From: an uncultured Planctomycetales bacterium
Lineage (GTDB): Bacteria > Planctomycetota > Planctomycetia > Pirellulales > JAEUIK01
Direction of reading: 5' to 3'
DNA length: 64,000 nucleotides
Assembly: GCA_938003525.1 (NCBI GenBank)
Contig: CALKYM010000053.1
Location: forward strand, 882-64,881
Shown here: positions 9,692 to 19,484 of the stretch, one piece after another
How the letters are laid out: each line of letters begins with the position of its first letter
Numbering within the stretch: the stretch's first letter is position 1
Position numbers and translations under genes: made by a program
Notes under the pieces: model-generated
Told to the model about the DNA's origin: nothing
The model's database searches: none
The model's input: the letters and a program-made list of their open reading frames with translations, nothing else

Positions 9692-10993
9692 CTAGCTGAA
9701 CAGCTCGCTGACCGGTTCGCCGTCTTCGACGATGCGAATCGGGCGGCCGATGGGGCTCATGTTCTCGATCGAAGAGTCGATATCGAGACTCGTACAAAAA
9801 GTCTGGAACAGGTCGTGCACCGTGACCGGCCGCTCGGCAACATCGGCCCCCGATTCGTCCGTCGCGCCGACAACCTGACCGCCGCGAATGCCGCAGCCTC
9901 CGAGCACGACGTTGAACGCGCGCGGATAGTGGTCGCGACCGCCGCGGGGATTGATCCGCGGCGTGCGGCCGAACTCGCCCATCCAGACGACGAGCGTCGA
10001 ATCGAGCATGCCGCGACGCTCGAGATCGCGAATCAATGCCGCGTAAGGCTGATCCACCTGTCCGGCGAGCTCCTTTGTCCGCGGGAAGTTGTCGGCGTGC
10101 GTGTCCCAACCTGTCGAGCCCACCTCGACGAACGTCACGCCCGACTCCACCAACCTCCGCGCCAAGAGGCAACCCGCGGCGAACTCGCCCTCGCCATACT
10201 GCTGGCGGACGTTTTCCGGTTCGCGCGATAGATCGAAGGCCTGCATATCGCGGCTGGTGATCATCTTGGCAGTCTGTTGATAGAGCTTCTGATGGTCGGC
10301 CACTTGTTGGCGAATGCGCTCATCATCGGCCTGCTCTTCCAGGCGATCGAGCAATCCGAGCCGCCGGCGAAAGCGGGCGTCGTCGGTCGTTAGTGCCGTG
10401 TTGGCGGGAGGCTCGGTCGCGCGATCCAGCACAAACGGGTCGTACTCGGCACCCAAGAGTCCGCCACCGCCGGCATTGGGAATGCGTCGCCCGATGCGTA
10501 CGAAGGCCGGCAATTCGCATGCCGCGTCGCCGATCTCGTTGGCGGCGATCGCGCCGAACGTCGGGTGTTTCACGCTGGCCGTTGGCGCATAGCCTGTGTG
10601 CAGCAGGAAGCTGGCCCGTTGATGATTGCCTTCTTTGCTGTTCATCGAGCGAATGATGGCCAGCCGGTCCATCACCTGGGCAACCTCGGGAAAGCGGTCG
10701 GCGATCTGTATGCCGGGGACATTCGTATCGATTGCCTCGGTCTCGCCACCGTTCTCGTGCCCCGGCTTGGGACTGAACGTTTCGAATGGGCTGGGCCCGC
10801 CTTGCATCCACAACAAGATGCAGGCCTTGCCGCGCTGCCGCAGTCGAGCGGACTCCAGCGCCATCACGTCGCTCCAGCTCAACGCGCCGGCAGCCATCGC
10901 CGCGGTCGACACGCCTCGCAAAAAGTCGCGGCGCCGCCAAACACCGTGCCGGCCCATCGAAACCCGCGTGCGACGATAGAACGTGCTCGACAT
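9692..10993 (-). CDS. DUF1501 domain protein (sulfatase-like fold, Tat signal)
   Basis: 433-aa ORF with ATG at 10993. RRRDFLRGVSTAAMAAGAL is a Tat signal. GGPSPFETFSPKP and MGEFGRTPRINPRGGRDHYP are DUF1501 hallmarks. It lies immediately downstream of the DUF1549/DUF1553 gene. Confidence 0.85.
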   Translation of the reverse strand: MSSTFYRRTRVSMGRHGVWRRRDFLRGVSTAAMAAGALSWSDVMALESARLRQRGKACILLWMQGGPSPFETFSPKPGHENGGETEAIDTNVPGIQIADRFPEVAQVMDRLAIIRSMNSKEGNHQRASFLLHTGYAPTASVKHPTFGAIAANEIGDAACELPAFVRIGRRIPNAGGGGLLGAEYDPFVLDRATEPPANTALTTDDARFRRRLGLLDRLEEQADDERIRQQVADHQKLYQQTAKMITSRDMQAFDLSREPENVRQQYGEGEFAAGCLLARRLVESGVTFVEVGSTGWDTHADNFPRTKELAGQVDQPYAALIRDLERRGMLDSTLVVWMGEFGRTPRINPRGGRDHYPRAFNVVLGGCGIRGGQVVGATDESGADVAERPVTVHDLFQTFCTSLDIDSSIENMSPIGRPIRIVEDGEPVSELFS

Positions 10994-11040
10994 CGTGATC
11001 GTCCTCGACTGTTGGAATCTAGCCGTGGCCTGGGCAGCGA

Positions 11041-12729
11041 CTATTTGCGGTAGAGAAACTCGGTGGAGTTCACCAAAGCCCAGAGAATGTCTTCCAGGGC
11101 TTCCACACGATTGTCGTTGTCGCGAATGTATTTCAGACAGGTTCGCAGCTCGCCGTGGTTCGGTTCCCGGGCCAGGCAGCGGAGATAGAGCTCAACCACA
11201 ACGTCCTGGTTGTCATCCATCTCGGAGATGAGCCGCCCGAGCATGGTCCGCGAGCCGCGGGCCTCCATGGCCAGGCTGAGTTGCGGGGAGTTCATCAACA
11301 GCAACGCTTGATCGATCGCACCGGCGATTTCGTCACGCGGCTCGCTCGGGTCGTAACCGAACACGGCCGCCAATGCTCCCCGCGGGCTGCGTGGACGTCC
11401 ACGTTGCGGGCGCTGGGGCTCCTGTGAATCCGGGATCTCCAAGGCTGCGGTCAGCGAGTTGAAGAGCTGATCGGCACGCAAACGCTGCGGGCAGTTGGCC
11501 GCAAACGGGGTCTCGTCGTAATGGCGACGCGGCTGGCTCTGCCGCTGATAGGCATCAGTGAGCATGATTGTCGTGAACAACCATTTCAGGTCGTGGTTGT
11601 GGGCCACGAACTGCTCGGCCAGCAGTTCCATCGTCGCGGGCGCACTGCACTCACGATCGGGCCCGAGATCATCGATGGGCTCGTAGAAGCCTTCCCCGAC
11701 CAGCTCGGCCCAGATGCGGTTGATCACTGCTTTGGCGAACCAGGGATTGGTGGGCGACGTCATCCAGTCAGCCAATTGCTCGCGGCGGTCTCTGTCGCTG
11801 ATCCCCGTAGACATTTCTTCGCCGGTGACGAAGAACACGGGTTCCATCAGCGTGCCCCGGGCCGCCGGATCGTCGAGGTCAGGCATGAAGTGTTCAGGGC
11901 CCTGACGATCGTCTATCGGCTGCCTTCCGCGCCGGCGCACACGCTCGCGCGAGATCAACTCAAAGCCGCGGCGGCCACCATTGTCGTTGACGATGCGGCG
12001 AATGGCGATCCGCGGGAAGAAGGCAGCCAACTCGTGGAACTGATCGCGCTTCCAACGATCCGTAGGATGGTCGTGGCACTGCGCGCATTGGATCTGGACG
12101 CCCATGAGCACGCGTGAGACCTCGGCCGCCGTTTCAGGGATTTCGCCCCATTGGGCGGCGATCAGTCCCGCTGCGCCGTTTTCCAGCAAGTTGCCCTGCG
12201 CCGTGATCATTTCGCGGGCGATCTCATCCCAGGGGGTGTTCTTGTTGAACTCCTCGGTGAGGAAAACGACCATCGCCGACGACGTCAAAAGCGCGCGCTC
12301 GTCGCTGCGGCGATACATCACGACGTCGCGCCAGTAGCGGGCCCAGTTCTGACCGTACTGTTCGTCGGTCAAAAGGCGCCCGATTAAAGCGGCGCGCTTG
12401 TCGCTCGACGGATCGAAAGCGAACTCGGTGATCGCTTCCGGCGATGGCAAATCGCCTACGACGTCGAGCCAAGCGCGACGCAAGAACGTCTCGTCGTCGC
12501 AGCGGGGAGCGGTCGCGTCCGCGTCGCCCAATAGCTCCGCGCGGAGCGAGGAATCGATTCGCGCCGCAGCTTCTGCGGGATAAAGCGGAGCGACGTCCGC
12601 AATCGGATCGGGGCGTTCCGAGGTCGCTTCCGCTGCTCGCGTACACTTTGCACCGATGACTAAAGCGAGCAGTGTGCACGTCGTGGTCCAGGCGATATGA
12701 GTTGGGTGCCCATGGAGCGTTCTCGTCAT
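11041..12729 (-). CDS. DUF1549/DUF1553 (PSCyt2/PSD1) domain protein
   Basis: ORF 11041..13071, with the start moved to ATG 12729 (MTRTLHGHPTHIAWTTTCTLLALVIG is signal-like). FLRRAWLDVVGDLPSPEAITEF matches DUF1549. QCAQCHDHPTDRWKRDQFHELAAFF matches DUF1553. Confidence 0.85.
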   Translation of the reverse strand: MTRTLHGHPTHIAWTTTCTLLALVIGAKCTRAAEATSERPDPIADVAPLYPAEAAARIDSSLRAELLGDADATAPRCDDETFLRRAWLDVVGDLPSPEAITEFAFDPSSDKRAALIGRLLTDEQYGQNWARYWRDVVMYRRSDERALLTSSAMVVFLTEEFNKNTPWDEIAREMITAQGNLLENGAAGLIAAQWGEIPETAAEVSRVLMGVQIQCAQCHDHPTDRWKRDQFHELAAFFPRIAIRRIVNDNGGRRGFELISRERVRRRGRQPIDDRQGPEHFMPDLDDPAARGTLMEPVFFVTGEEMSTGISDRDRREQLADWMTSPTNPWFAKAVINRIWAELVGEGFYEPIDDLGPDRECSAPATMELLAEQFVAHNHDLKWLFTTIMLTDAYQRQSQPRRHYDETPFAANCPQRLRADQLFNSLTAALEIPDSQEPQRPQRGRPRSPRGALAAVFGYDPSEPRDEIAGAIDQALLLMNSPQLSLAMEARGSRTMLGRLISEMDDNQDVVVELYLRCLAREPNHGELRTCLKYIRDNDNRVEALEDILWALVNSTEFLYRK

Positions 12730-13221
12730 GACTCGCTTCCTCGCCGCTTGAAGGGCAGCCGAAGTTGTGGTTCGACTACGGGTTCCCGGCGCTTGCCGAT
12801 CAGAGGCACGCTCGTGCTGGCATGTCGGCCGACGGATCATCGCATATAACCCCAGTCGCACCCAGCGGGTTTCGTGCGGGAGTCGAAAATGCGAAACCGC
12901 CGAGCAAGATCGGCAAAACCCGTACAAATCGATCTTCGCGCGGGCCCCAGTCATCGTAGCTCGCTCGCTACGCAATCGTTGCATCCGGGCAACGCGGTGC
13001 ACGGATGCAGCAGCCCGACTCCTGCGTCCCAACAATCCCCTAAAGCCTTTCATTGAATAAGCTTGCGGCACCTCTTGCCGCCGCCATCCGGTGTCCCTCT
13101 AGCGCCGGGCGCAGCCCTTGCAACCATTGGGGAGCATGAACTCGCCGGCCGGCGCCACACGGCAGGCAGTTCAACCGCCCCCCAAAGAGTGCCTGTTACC
13201 CGCCACCGCGCAGAGGCCACC

Positions 13222-14328
13222 ATGAGCCACGTTGTCGAGATCAATTCGGCGGAAGACCTGGAAGGCCTGCGGCTCTTGTGGCGTCAACTTCTCGGCGACA
13301 CGCGCGAAGCCTCGTTCTTTCAGTCGCTCGATTGGCTACAGGTCTACTGGAAACACTTCGGCAGCGACCAGCAGCTACGCGTGCTGGTGGTCCACGCTGC
13401 CGACAAGCCGGTTGGCATCCTGCCGCTGGTCGTGCGGCCCGAAGCGACACGGCTGGGAACGCTCAATGTCTTGAGCTATCCTCTGGCCGACTGGGGCAGC
13501 TTCTATGGTCCCATCGGTCCCAATCCAACCGCGACACTGCTCACAGGCTTGCGACACATCAGCCAGACGGCGCGCGACTGGGATGTTGTTGATCTGCGGT
13601 GGGTCAACCAACAGCGATGTGATTTCCGCCGGACCGAACAAGCGCTGCGGTTCACCGGTCTCGAAGCACCCAAGCAGCTTTGGCGGACGGCGGCGCTGGT
13701 CGATTTCGAGGGAACCTGGAGCGAGTATACGGCGGCCAAGAGCGCCAAATGGCGGAAGAACCTCAAAGACAAGGAACGCAAACTCGCCCGCCTGGGCAAT
13801 GTCCAACACGAGCGCTACCGCCCGGCGGGAACAGCCTGCGGCGACGGCGACCCGCGGTGGGATCTCTACGAAGCCTGCGAACGCATCGCCGCCAGCAGCT
13901 GGCAGGGCTCGAGCACGACGGGCACAACGCTGACCCACGACACGATTCGACCCTTCCTCCGCGAGATGCACAGCCGTGCAGCGGCGGCTGGCGCCATCGA
14001 CGTGAATCTGCTCAAGATCGACGGGGAGCCGGTCGCCTACTCGTACCACTATCATCAGGCCGGCTACGTGAGCGGCCTGCGGATGGGCTACGAGCCCGGC
14101 GTAGGACGAGAAGGCGCAGGCAGCGTGCTGATGGCGCGGATGCTCCGCGACAGTTTCGAACGCGGCGATCGGACGTTCGACCTGGGCACCGACTATGTCG
14201 AGTGCAAGCGGCCCTGGTATACGTCGCTGGCCGGCAGTTACCGCTACTGCCACTATGCGGCCACCGGACGGGCACAGGCCCTGCGATTGAAACGCTATCT
14301 GACCGGTCTCTGGCGCCGCGCCGCGTAG
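13222..14328 (+). CDS. GNAT-superfamily acetyltransferase, FemAB/CelD-like
   Basis: ORF 13063..14328, with the start moved to ATG 13222. MSHVVEINSAEDLEGLRLLWRQLLGDTREASFFQSLDWLQVYWKHFG is the typical N-terminus of BioF2-like/CelD-like acetyltransferases. Confidence 0.7.
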   Translation: MSHVVEINSAEDLEGLRLLWRQLLGDTREASFFQSLDWLQVYWKHFGSDQQLRVLVVHAADKPVGILPLVVRPEATRLGTLNVLSYPLADWGSFYGPIGPNPTATLLTGLRHISQTARDWDVVDLRWVNQQRCDFRRTEQALRFTGLEAPKQLWRTAALVDFEGTWSEYTAAKSAKWRKNLKDKERKLARLGNVQHERYRPAGTACGDGDPRWDLYEACERIAASSWQGSSTTGTTLTHDTIRPFLREMHSRAAAAGAIDVNLLKIDGEPVAYSYHYHQAGYVSGLRMGYEPGVGREGAGSVLMARMLRDSFERGDRTFDLGTDYVECKRPWYTSLAGSYRYCHYAATGRAQALRLKRYLTGLWRRAA

Positions 14329-14389
14329 CGCGTGCCGAGAAGCCGGGGGCACAGGAGCACGAGCTCCCCGCTGTCGCCCGCTACGACGA

Positions 14390-14770
14390 TCAGTCGTCGA
14401 TGTAGGCGTAGTCGCGACGGCGATTGACGCGGCGGCGGCGACGGTACGCGCGCCCCTCCTCACCCTCGGTGAAGAAATGGCCGGCCAGCAGCTTATAGAA
14501 GAAGAGCAGGATGAAGGCTCCCGCCGTGGCCACGATGAATCCCAGCGGGCTGACGGGCGTGATGCGATGGCCTTCCCAGAGGAACATCAACAATCCTGAA
14601 CCGACGACGCTGCCCGCGACGCCCATCATCAGCGTGGCGACGGCTCCGCCAGGATCGCGCCCGGGCATAATGGCCTTGGCGACCAGACCGACAAGCGTGC
14701 CGAAACCAACCCACACGAGCACGACGTGTGCCCACTGTTCGGCCATCACGGCCAGGTCTTGGTTTTCCAT
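14390..14770 (-). CDS. GlsB/YeaQ/YmgE-family (transglycosylase-associated) stress membrane protein
   Basis: 126-aa ORF with ATG at 14770. It has three glycine-rich helices (VLVWVGFGTLVGLVAKAIMPGRDPGGAVATLMMGVAGSVVGSGL) and a basic tail. Confidence 0.8.
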   Translation of the reverse strand: MENQDLAVMAEQWAHVVLVWVGFGTLVGLVAKAIMPGRDPGGAVATLMMGVAGSVVGSGLLMFLWEGHRITPVSPLGFIVATAGAFILLFFYKLLAGHFFTEGEEGRAYRRRRRVNRRRDYAYIDD

Positions 14771-15017
14771 GTCCCTGGGCTCCGGCCGGCCTGTGGTGGC
14801 CTGGACTCAGACGTGCGCCACACTAGCTATCGCAGCCCGACGCTCGATCGCACCGCGCTGGGACGCTGATCTCCGGGGCTGCACATTGCCTATCTTCGGC
14901 ACAATCGGCCTCGAACCTGTGGCCACAACGCAAGGCAAAGGCAAAGACAGGCGCGTGAGACGAAGAGAGCGCCGGCAATCGCCGCTGTCTGACAGCATGA
15001 CGGTCGACAACTCTCGG

Positions 15018-15254
15018 CTACTGCTGGCCTGCCAGCCGCGCCGCACGGTTGGCTTTCATCGCGGCGGCTTCACGCTCGAGTTTGAACTCGGGGCCGGGCG
15101 CGTAGTATTGAATGTCGTCGGTCATGTAGTACGGACTGGGCAGCGTCTGGCCGCCGACGTCCACCGTGCAGCCGGCGGCGAATGAACAGAGGAGAAGTCC
15201 GGCGCCGGCCAAAAGGTGCGAGCAGCGACGCTTGCGAGACTGACGACCGTTCAT
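15018..15254 (-). CDS. small lipoprotein
   Basis: ORF 15018..15503, with the start moved to ATG 15254. MNGRQSRKRRCSHLLAGAGLLLCSFAAGC ends in a lipobox (FAAGC), followed by TVDVGGQTLPSPYYMTDDIQYY. Confidence 0.55.
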   Translation of the reverse strand: MNGRQSRKRRCSHLLAGAGLLLCSFAAGCTVDVGGQTLPSPYYMTDDIQYYAPGPEFKLEREAAAMKANRAARLAGQQ

Positions 15255-15618
15255 GACAGACCTCACCCATGCGGATAGATGCTTGCGCGGCATAACCGGT
15301 ATCGTCCACACAACCGGACAACTTTGGTCAAACTGCCAACGATCGGCGTCCGCCGCCTGCGGCCAACCCCAACGCCCTGCCAGCATTACTGTCGCGAATC
15401 GGCGGCGCGCGATGGTTGGCCATCTGCGGGCATTTAGTTGCCTCAGACAGGGGGGGCGGTATGTTGGGCAGTAGCAGATGGCTACCGTGCTGCGCTGGGG
15501 CAACTAACTGCGTCGCGGCAGTTCGGCTGCTAGCAAATGTCCTGGCAGGCGGCGCCGGCGGAACACCGGCCCGCCCGTTAGATGCGAGGGGCCATCTTGC
15601 GGACAGGGGAGAAGCGTC

Positions 15619-18600
15619 ATGAGCACGACACCCCAGGTCCCGGCATCGTCTACGCCGTCGCGCGTGGCTTGTCTGCTGACGCTCGTCTTCGTCTTACTGC
15701 TTTCTGCTCTGTCGGCGAACAACGCCCAGGCGCAACAAGGTGTGCGTCCTCCCCGCGTCTATCCGGCGGACTCGTACTATTTCATCTTTCGCGACTTCTA
15801 CGATGGTGAGTTGCGCGATGCGCTGCGCGAGTTTCAGCGCGCCGGTCGCGGTGGATTGAAGCTGCCCGGCCAAAGCTGGATCGACTCGATCTGCTACCAC
15901 ACGATGGTGGGCGAGTGCTATTACCAGCTCGGCCAACTCGATGAAGCATTGGCCCAGTACGAGTCTGCCTTGCGATTGGTCGTCCAGTTTCCCGACTGGA
16001 TCATTCGCGTTCAGTTCCAGCCGATTCAGCCCGCGCAGCCGGGGCAGATACGCAATACACCCTGGGGTGTTTCGCAGCGGCAGCCGCGCTATGGCCGCTA
16101 CGCCGACAAGTACCTGATGAATCTCGGCGACTTCAATCTCGCCGAAAAGGTGGCCCGCGGCGGTGTGGTGCAACCACCTGTGTTGTTCCAGGTGGGCGTC
16201 CCCGAAATCGTCCGCTGCTCGGTCCTCGCCATGCGTCGCTGGCGCGAGCTATTGGGACCGTCGTGTCCGCATCACCAACTGACCAAAGATCTGTTCAATC
16301 AACTATCGCGTCGGCCGACACAACCCAACCATTGGTCGGAAGCGTGGGTCGATGTGCAACTGGCGATGGCCCAGTTAGCGGCCGGGCGAATCGAACAGGC
16401 CAAGACCGTGCTCGAAAGGGCCGTCATCGCGGGTGGTCAGTACGATCACCTGCTCACCAGCACGGTTCTGCTTGAAATGGGGCATCTGGCCCTGGCCGAA
16501 GGTCAGTTTCAGGCAGCCGCAGCGCTCTATGAGGAAGCCACGTATGCGGCCGCTCAGTATCCCGACCCGGATGTGCTGGCCGAAGCGCTCCGCTACGGCC
16601 TGAAGACGCATCTGGCTTCCAATCAACAGGGCATCTATCCGCCGCTACAGCCGGCGCTCGATTGGGTGCGCGTCAACGACCATCGTCGGCTTTCGGCCGA
16701 GCTCTCCATCTTGCTCGCGGAAAACCAGGCCGTCGCGGGAAACGGACGCCTGGCGCAAACGCACGCCAACGATGCCCGCACCAAAATGGCCCGCTATCGC
16801 GAACTGATCGACAGCCGCCTGGGAGCAGCCTTGCACTATGCGACGGCGCAAGCCCTGTTTCAGGAGGGCTCGGGCGATGGTTACCAGGCGCTGGCCGCCG
16901 CGATGCAGTTTATGCGTACCGGCGGCATTCGTAACTTCCACGTGCATGTCGTCAATCAACTGTTGGCTGCCGGGCAGGTCAGCTCACGGCAGGCAGTCGA
17001 GTTGTATGCCAGCGTACTCAACGATCCTTCGGCCTACGCCTGGACACTCGATCCCATCGAATCGCTGTCGCTGTTGCTCTCGCCGCACACGCTGGCCCAC
17101 GAGAATTGGTTCGAAGCGGCCGTCTCGCGCGACGACGAGAAGCTCGCGCTGGAAGTCAGCGATCGTACGCGGCGGCGGCGTTTCTTGGCATCCTTGCCCA
17201 TGGGCGGTCGGCTGCTCGCGCTGCGCTGGGTCTTGGAAGCTCAATTGGAAACGTTGCCTCGCGAGGCGCAGCTCGAACGGCAAGCGGTGCTCACCCGCTA
17301 TCCGGCTTACGCCGAACGATCGCGCCGCGCCCAAGAACAACTCGCCGCCCTGCGACAACAGGCCGTGGCGCCCGGTGGCGACGATCTGACCGCTCGATTG
17401 CGCTCGGGATTGGCCGAAGTCGCGCAGTTGGCCGGCGAGCAGGAGCGCATTCTGCACGAGATGGCGTTGCGTCGCGAACCGTGCACGATGGTCTTCCCAC
17501 CGGCGCGGTCCGCCGAACAAATCATGCAGGAAGTTCCAGCCGGCCAGGCCGTGCTGGCCTTCTTCGTTTCCCGCGGCGTACTGCACGGCTTCGCAGTCGA
17601 GCAAGAGAACATCACGCACTGGAGGGTGGGTGCCGCGGCTGAGCTGCGCGAGCCGGTTGCACAACTGCTGCGGGAACTGGGACACGTGGATGCCAATCGC
17701 GAGCTGACCGCCGACGTGCTGCGTGACACGGCCTGGAAGAGTACCTCCGCAGCGCTCTTCGCGCGACTCATCGGGGGCAACCAAAGCCACTTTCCGGCTT
17801 CGGCCCGCGAGCTGGTGATCGTGCCAGACGATGTGCTGTGGTACCTGCCCTTCGAGACGCTGCACGTCGCCTCCGGTCCCGGGCTGGAGCCGCTCATCGC
17901 CCGGTTCCGGGTACGCTTTGCGCCCACAGCCGCACTGTCCGTGCCCAGCCAGAATGCCGTGCGGCGACAGGTGCTCAGTACGGCGTTGGTCGCCGAACGA
18001 CTCTTCCCCCGTGACGATCCCGAAGTGGCTCAGACGGCCTTCGAAGATCTTCGCCGCGCGCTGCCCAACGCGACGCGTTGGACGATCCCACTACCCGCGC
18101 CGTCGCCGACGCTGGCTGCCTTGGCCGACCGCTTGATCGTGCTCGACGACCTTGAACCGCCCGAACGGGCGGCGCCCTTCGATTGGACACCGGTGAATCT
18201 CGACAAGCTGCGCGGAGACGGTACGGTCCAGCGTTGGCTGAAGCTGCCCTTCGATGCACCCGACGAACTGTTGCTGCCAGGCTTTCACACGGTGGCCGAG
18301 ACGGGCCTCAAGCGGCTCGACACGGCCGCTCCGGGCAACGATGTGTTCCTCAGCGTCACGGGACTGCTTGGCTCTGGAGTCCGAACGCTCTTGATCAGTC
18401 GTTGGCGACCGGCCGGTCAAACCAGTTTCCAATTGATGCGCGAGTTCGTTCAGGAGCTGCCGTTCACCACACCGGCCGATGCCTGGCAGCGGAGCGTGTT
18501 TCTCACCGCCGCCACACCCGTCGACCCGCAAGCCGAACCGCGGGTGAGCCGCACCGACATGCCCAACCCGCCCACGGCCGAACATCCCTTCTTTTGGGCC

Positions 18601-18702
18601 GCGTACATGATTGTCGATTCCGGCACGCCCCACATCGAAGACGACGGCCCCGGCGGCGGAGTCCTCGACGTGCAACCGGCCGCCGCGCGGGTTGATCGTT
18701 AG
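15619..18702 (+). CDS. secreted TPR-repeat protein with C-terminal CHAT-like domain
   Basis: 1027-aa ORF with ATG at 15619 and GGAG upstream. The signal peptide is LLTLVFVLLLSALSANNAQA. TPR-like helices include ECYYQLGQLDEALAQYESALRL. The C-terminal region has ELVIVPDDVLWYLPFETL and GVRTLLISRWRPAGQTSFQLMREFVQEL, which follow the CHAT-domain pattern. Confidence 0.65.
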   Translation: MSTTPQVPASSTPSRVACLLTLVFVLLLSALSANNAQAQQGVRPPRVYPADSYYFIFRDFYDGELRDALREFQRAGRGGLKLPGQSWIDSICYHTMVGECYYQLGQLDEALAQYESALRLVVQFPDWIIRVQFQPIQPAQPGQIRNTPWGVSQRQPRYGRYADKYLMNLGDFNLAEKVARGGVVQPPVLFQVGVPEIVRCSVLAMRRWRELLGPSCPHHQLTKDLFNQLSRRPTQPNHWSEAWVDVQLAMAQLAAGRIEQAKTVLERAVIAGGQYDHLLTSTVLLEMGHLALAEGQFQAAAALYEEATYAAAQYPDPDVLAEALRYGLKTHLASNQQGIYPPLQPALDWVRVNDHRRLSAELSILLAENQAVAGNGRLAQTHANDARTKMARYRELIDSRLGAALHYATAQALFQEGSGDGYQALAAAMQFMRTGGIRNFHVHVVNQLLAAGQVSSRQAVELYASVLNDPSAYAWTLDPIESLSLLLSPHTLAHENWFEAAVSRDDEKLALEVSDRTRRRRFLASLPMGGRLLALRWVLEAQLETLPREAQLERQAVLTRYPAYAERSRRAQEQLAALRQQAVAPGGDDLTARLRSGLAEVAQLAGEQERILHEMALRREPCTMVFPPARSAEQIMQEVPAGQAVLAFFVSRGVLHGFAVEQENITHWRVGAAAELREPVAQLLRELGHVDANRELTADVLRDTAWKSTSAALFARLIGGNQSHFPASARELVIVPDDVLWYLPFETLHVASGPGLEPLIARFRVRFAPTAALSVPSQNAVRRQVLSTALVAERLFPRDDPEVAQTAFEDLRRALPNATRWTIPLPAPSPTLAALADRLIVLDDLEPPERAAPFDWTPVNLDKLRGDGTVQRWLKLPFDAPDELLLPGFHTVAETGLKRLDTAAPGNDVFLSVTGLLGSGVRTLLISRWRPAGQTSFQLMREFVQELPFTTPADAWQRSVFLTAATPVDPQAEPRVSRTDMPNPPTAEHPFFWAAYMIVDSGTPHIEDDGPGGGVLDVQPAAARVDR

Positions 18703-18726
18703 GCGGCCCGACCTCTCATCGCTGAG

Positions 18727-18746
18727 CCGGTGGCGTCAGCCACCGG
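18727..18746 (+). terminator. GC-rich hairpin 25 nt downstream of the TPR/CHAT-like gene stop
   Basis: CCGGTGGC-GTCA-GCCACCGG is a perfect 8-bp stem with a tetraloop. No U-tract follows. A second hairpin, CCGGGG-N9-CCCCGG, lies at 18780..18800. Confidence 0.35.
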
Positions 18747-18941
18747 ATACGTCGGTATCACCAGCGGCGCTCACGAATCCGGGGACTGACGTGCCCCGGC
18801 TCCGGACGAGTTGCGGTCGTAGATTGGGTCATTACGGCGCGCGGCGGTGACCGAACGCGGCTCGCAATCGGTTGGCCCCGTCGCGACTGCCTCGCAACTC
18901 AACACGTCCAGCGGTATCTTGGGCTTTGGGGGAGTAACGCG

Positions 18942-19400
18942 TTGGTGTTGGCGATGATTCACCCGTTGGCGAGCGTCTTTCCGCTGCTGCTGGTCGCGGT
19001 CTCGATTCTGTTGGTCGCCAGCCACCTCTCCGCGCGGCGCCGCGCGGAACGGCGCGAGTTGGAAGCGGACCAACGCGACTTCCTAGCGCGGCAGTTTCGG
19101 CGGCGGATGCAGGCCAGCGTGATGATCGGCTTGCTGGGCCTCGCGCTATTGGCCGGCGTCGTGTTCCCCTGGGCCAACCACCCCTTGGCGTTCGCCATCT
19201 ACTGGATCATCGTGATCGTCTTCACGCTATGGCTCATCGCCCTGGCCGCCGCGGACGCCATCTCCTCCACCTCCCACTTCCGCCAACAAGCCCTCGAACA
19301 CCGCATCCACCGCGCCAAGCTGGAAGCGCTATTGGCGCGGCATAAGGAGCATGGCAGAGGAGGCGAGTTGGGCACCGCGAAGCCAGGTGGCTCGCAGTAG
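18942..19400 (+). CDS. hypothetical membrane protein (3-4 TM helices)
   Basis: 152-aa ORF. TTG at 18942 lies 6 nt after GGGGGAG. Hydrophobic helices include VFPLLLVAVSILLVASHL, VMIGLLGLALLAGVVF and FAIYWIIVIVFTLWLIALAAA. I recognise no family. Confidence 0.5.
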   Translation: MVLAMIHPLASVFPLLLVAVSILLVASHLSARRRAERRELEADQRDFLARQFRRRMQASVMIGLLGLALLAGVVFPWANHPLAFAIYWIIVIVFTLWLIALAAADAISSTSHFRQQALEHRIHRAKLEALLARHKEHGRGGELGTAKPGGSQ

Positions 19401-19484
19401 TTCGCCGATAGGGCTCAAGAACGAGCGGCCTTCGACAACAGCCGCAGCCATGCCCCTGCGCACACTTGTGGGATCAACAACGGC

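Noticed and set aside
13375-14463. 362-aa minus-strand ORF, together with similar long antisense ORFs at 16984..17865, 35681..36802, 37239..38057, 39765..40775 and 58076..58894
   Set aside because: Each is fully nested antisense to, or out of frame with, a gene that has clear family motifs. Their compositions are dominated by Arg/Ala/Gly/His, as expected for non-coding frames at high GC.
15619-18702. TPR-CHAT architecture as a Csx29-like (type III-E CRISPR-associated) or other defence protease
   Set aside because: The protein has a Sec signal peptide and apparently lacks the His/Cys dyad. There are no cas genes, CRISPR repeats or other defence genes nearby.
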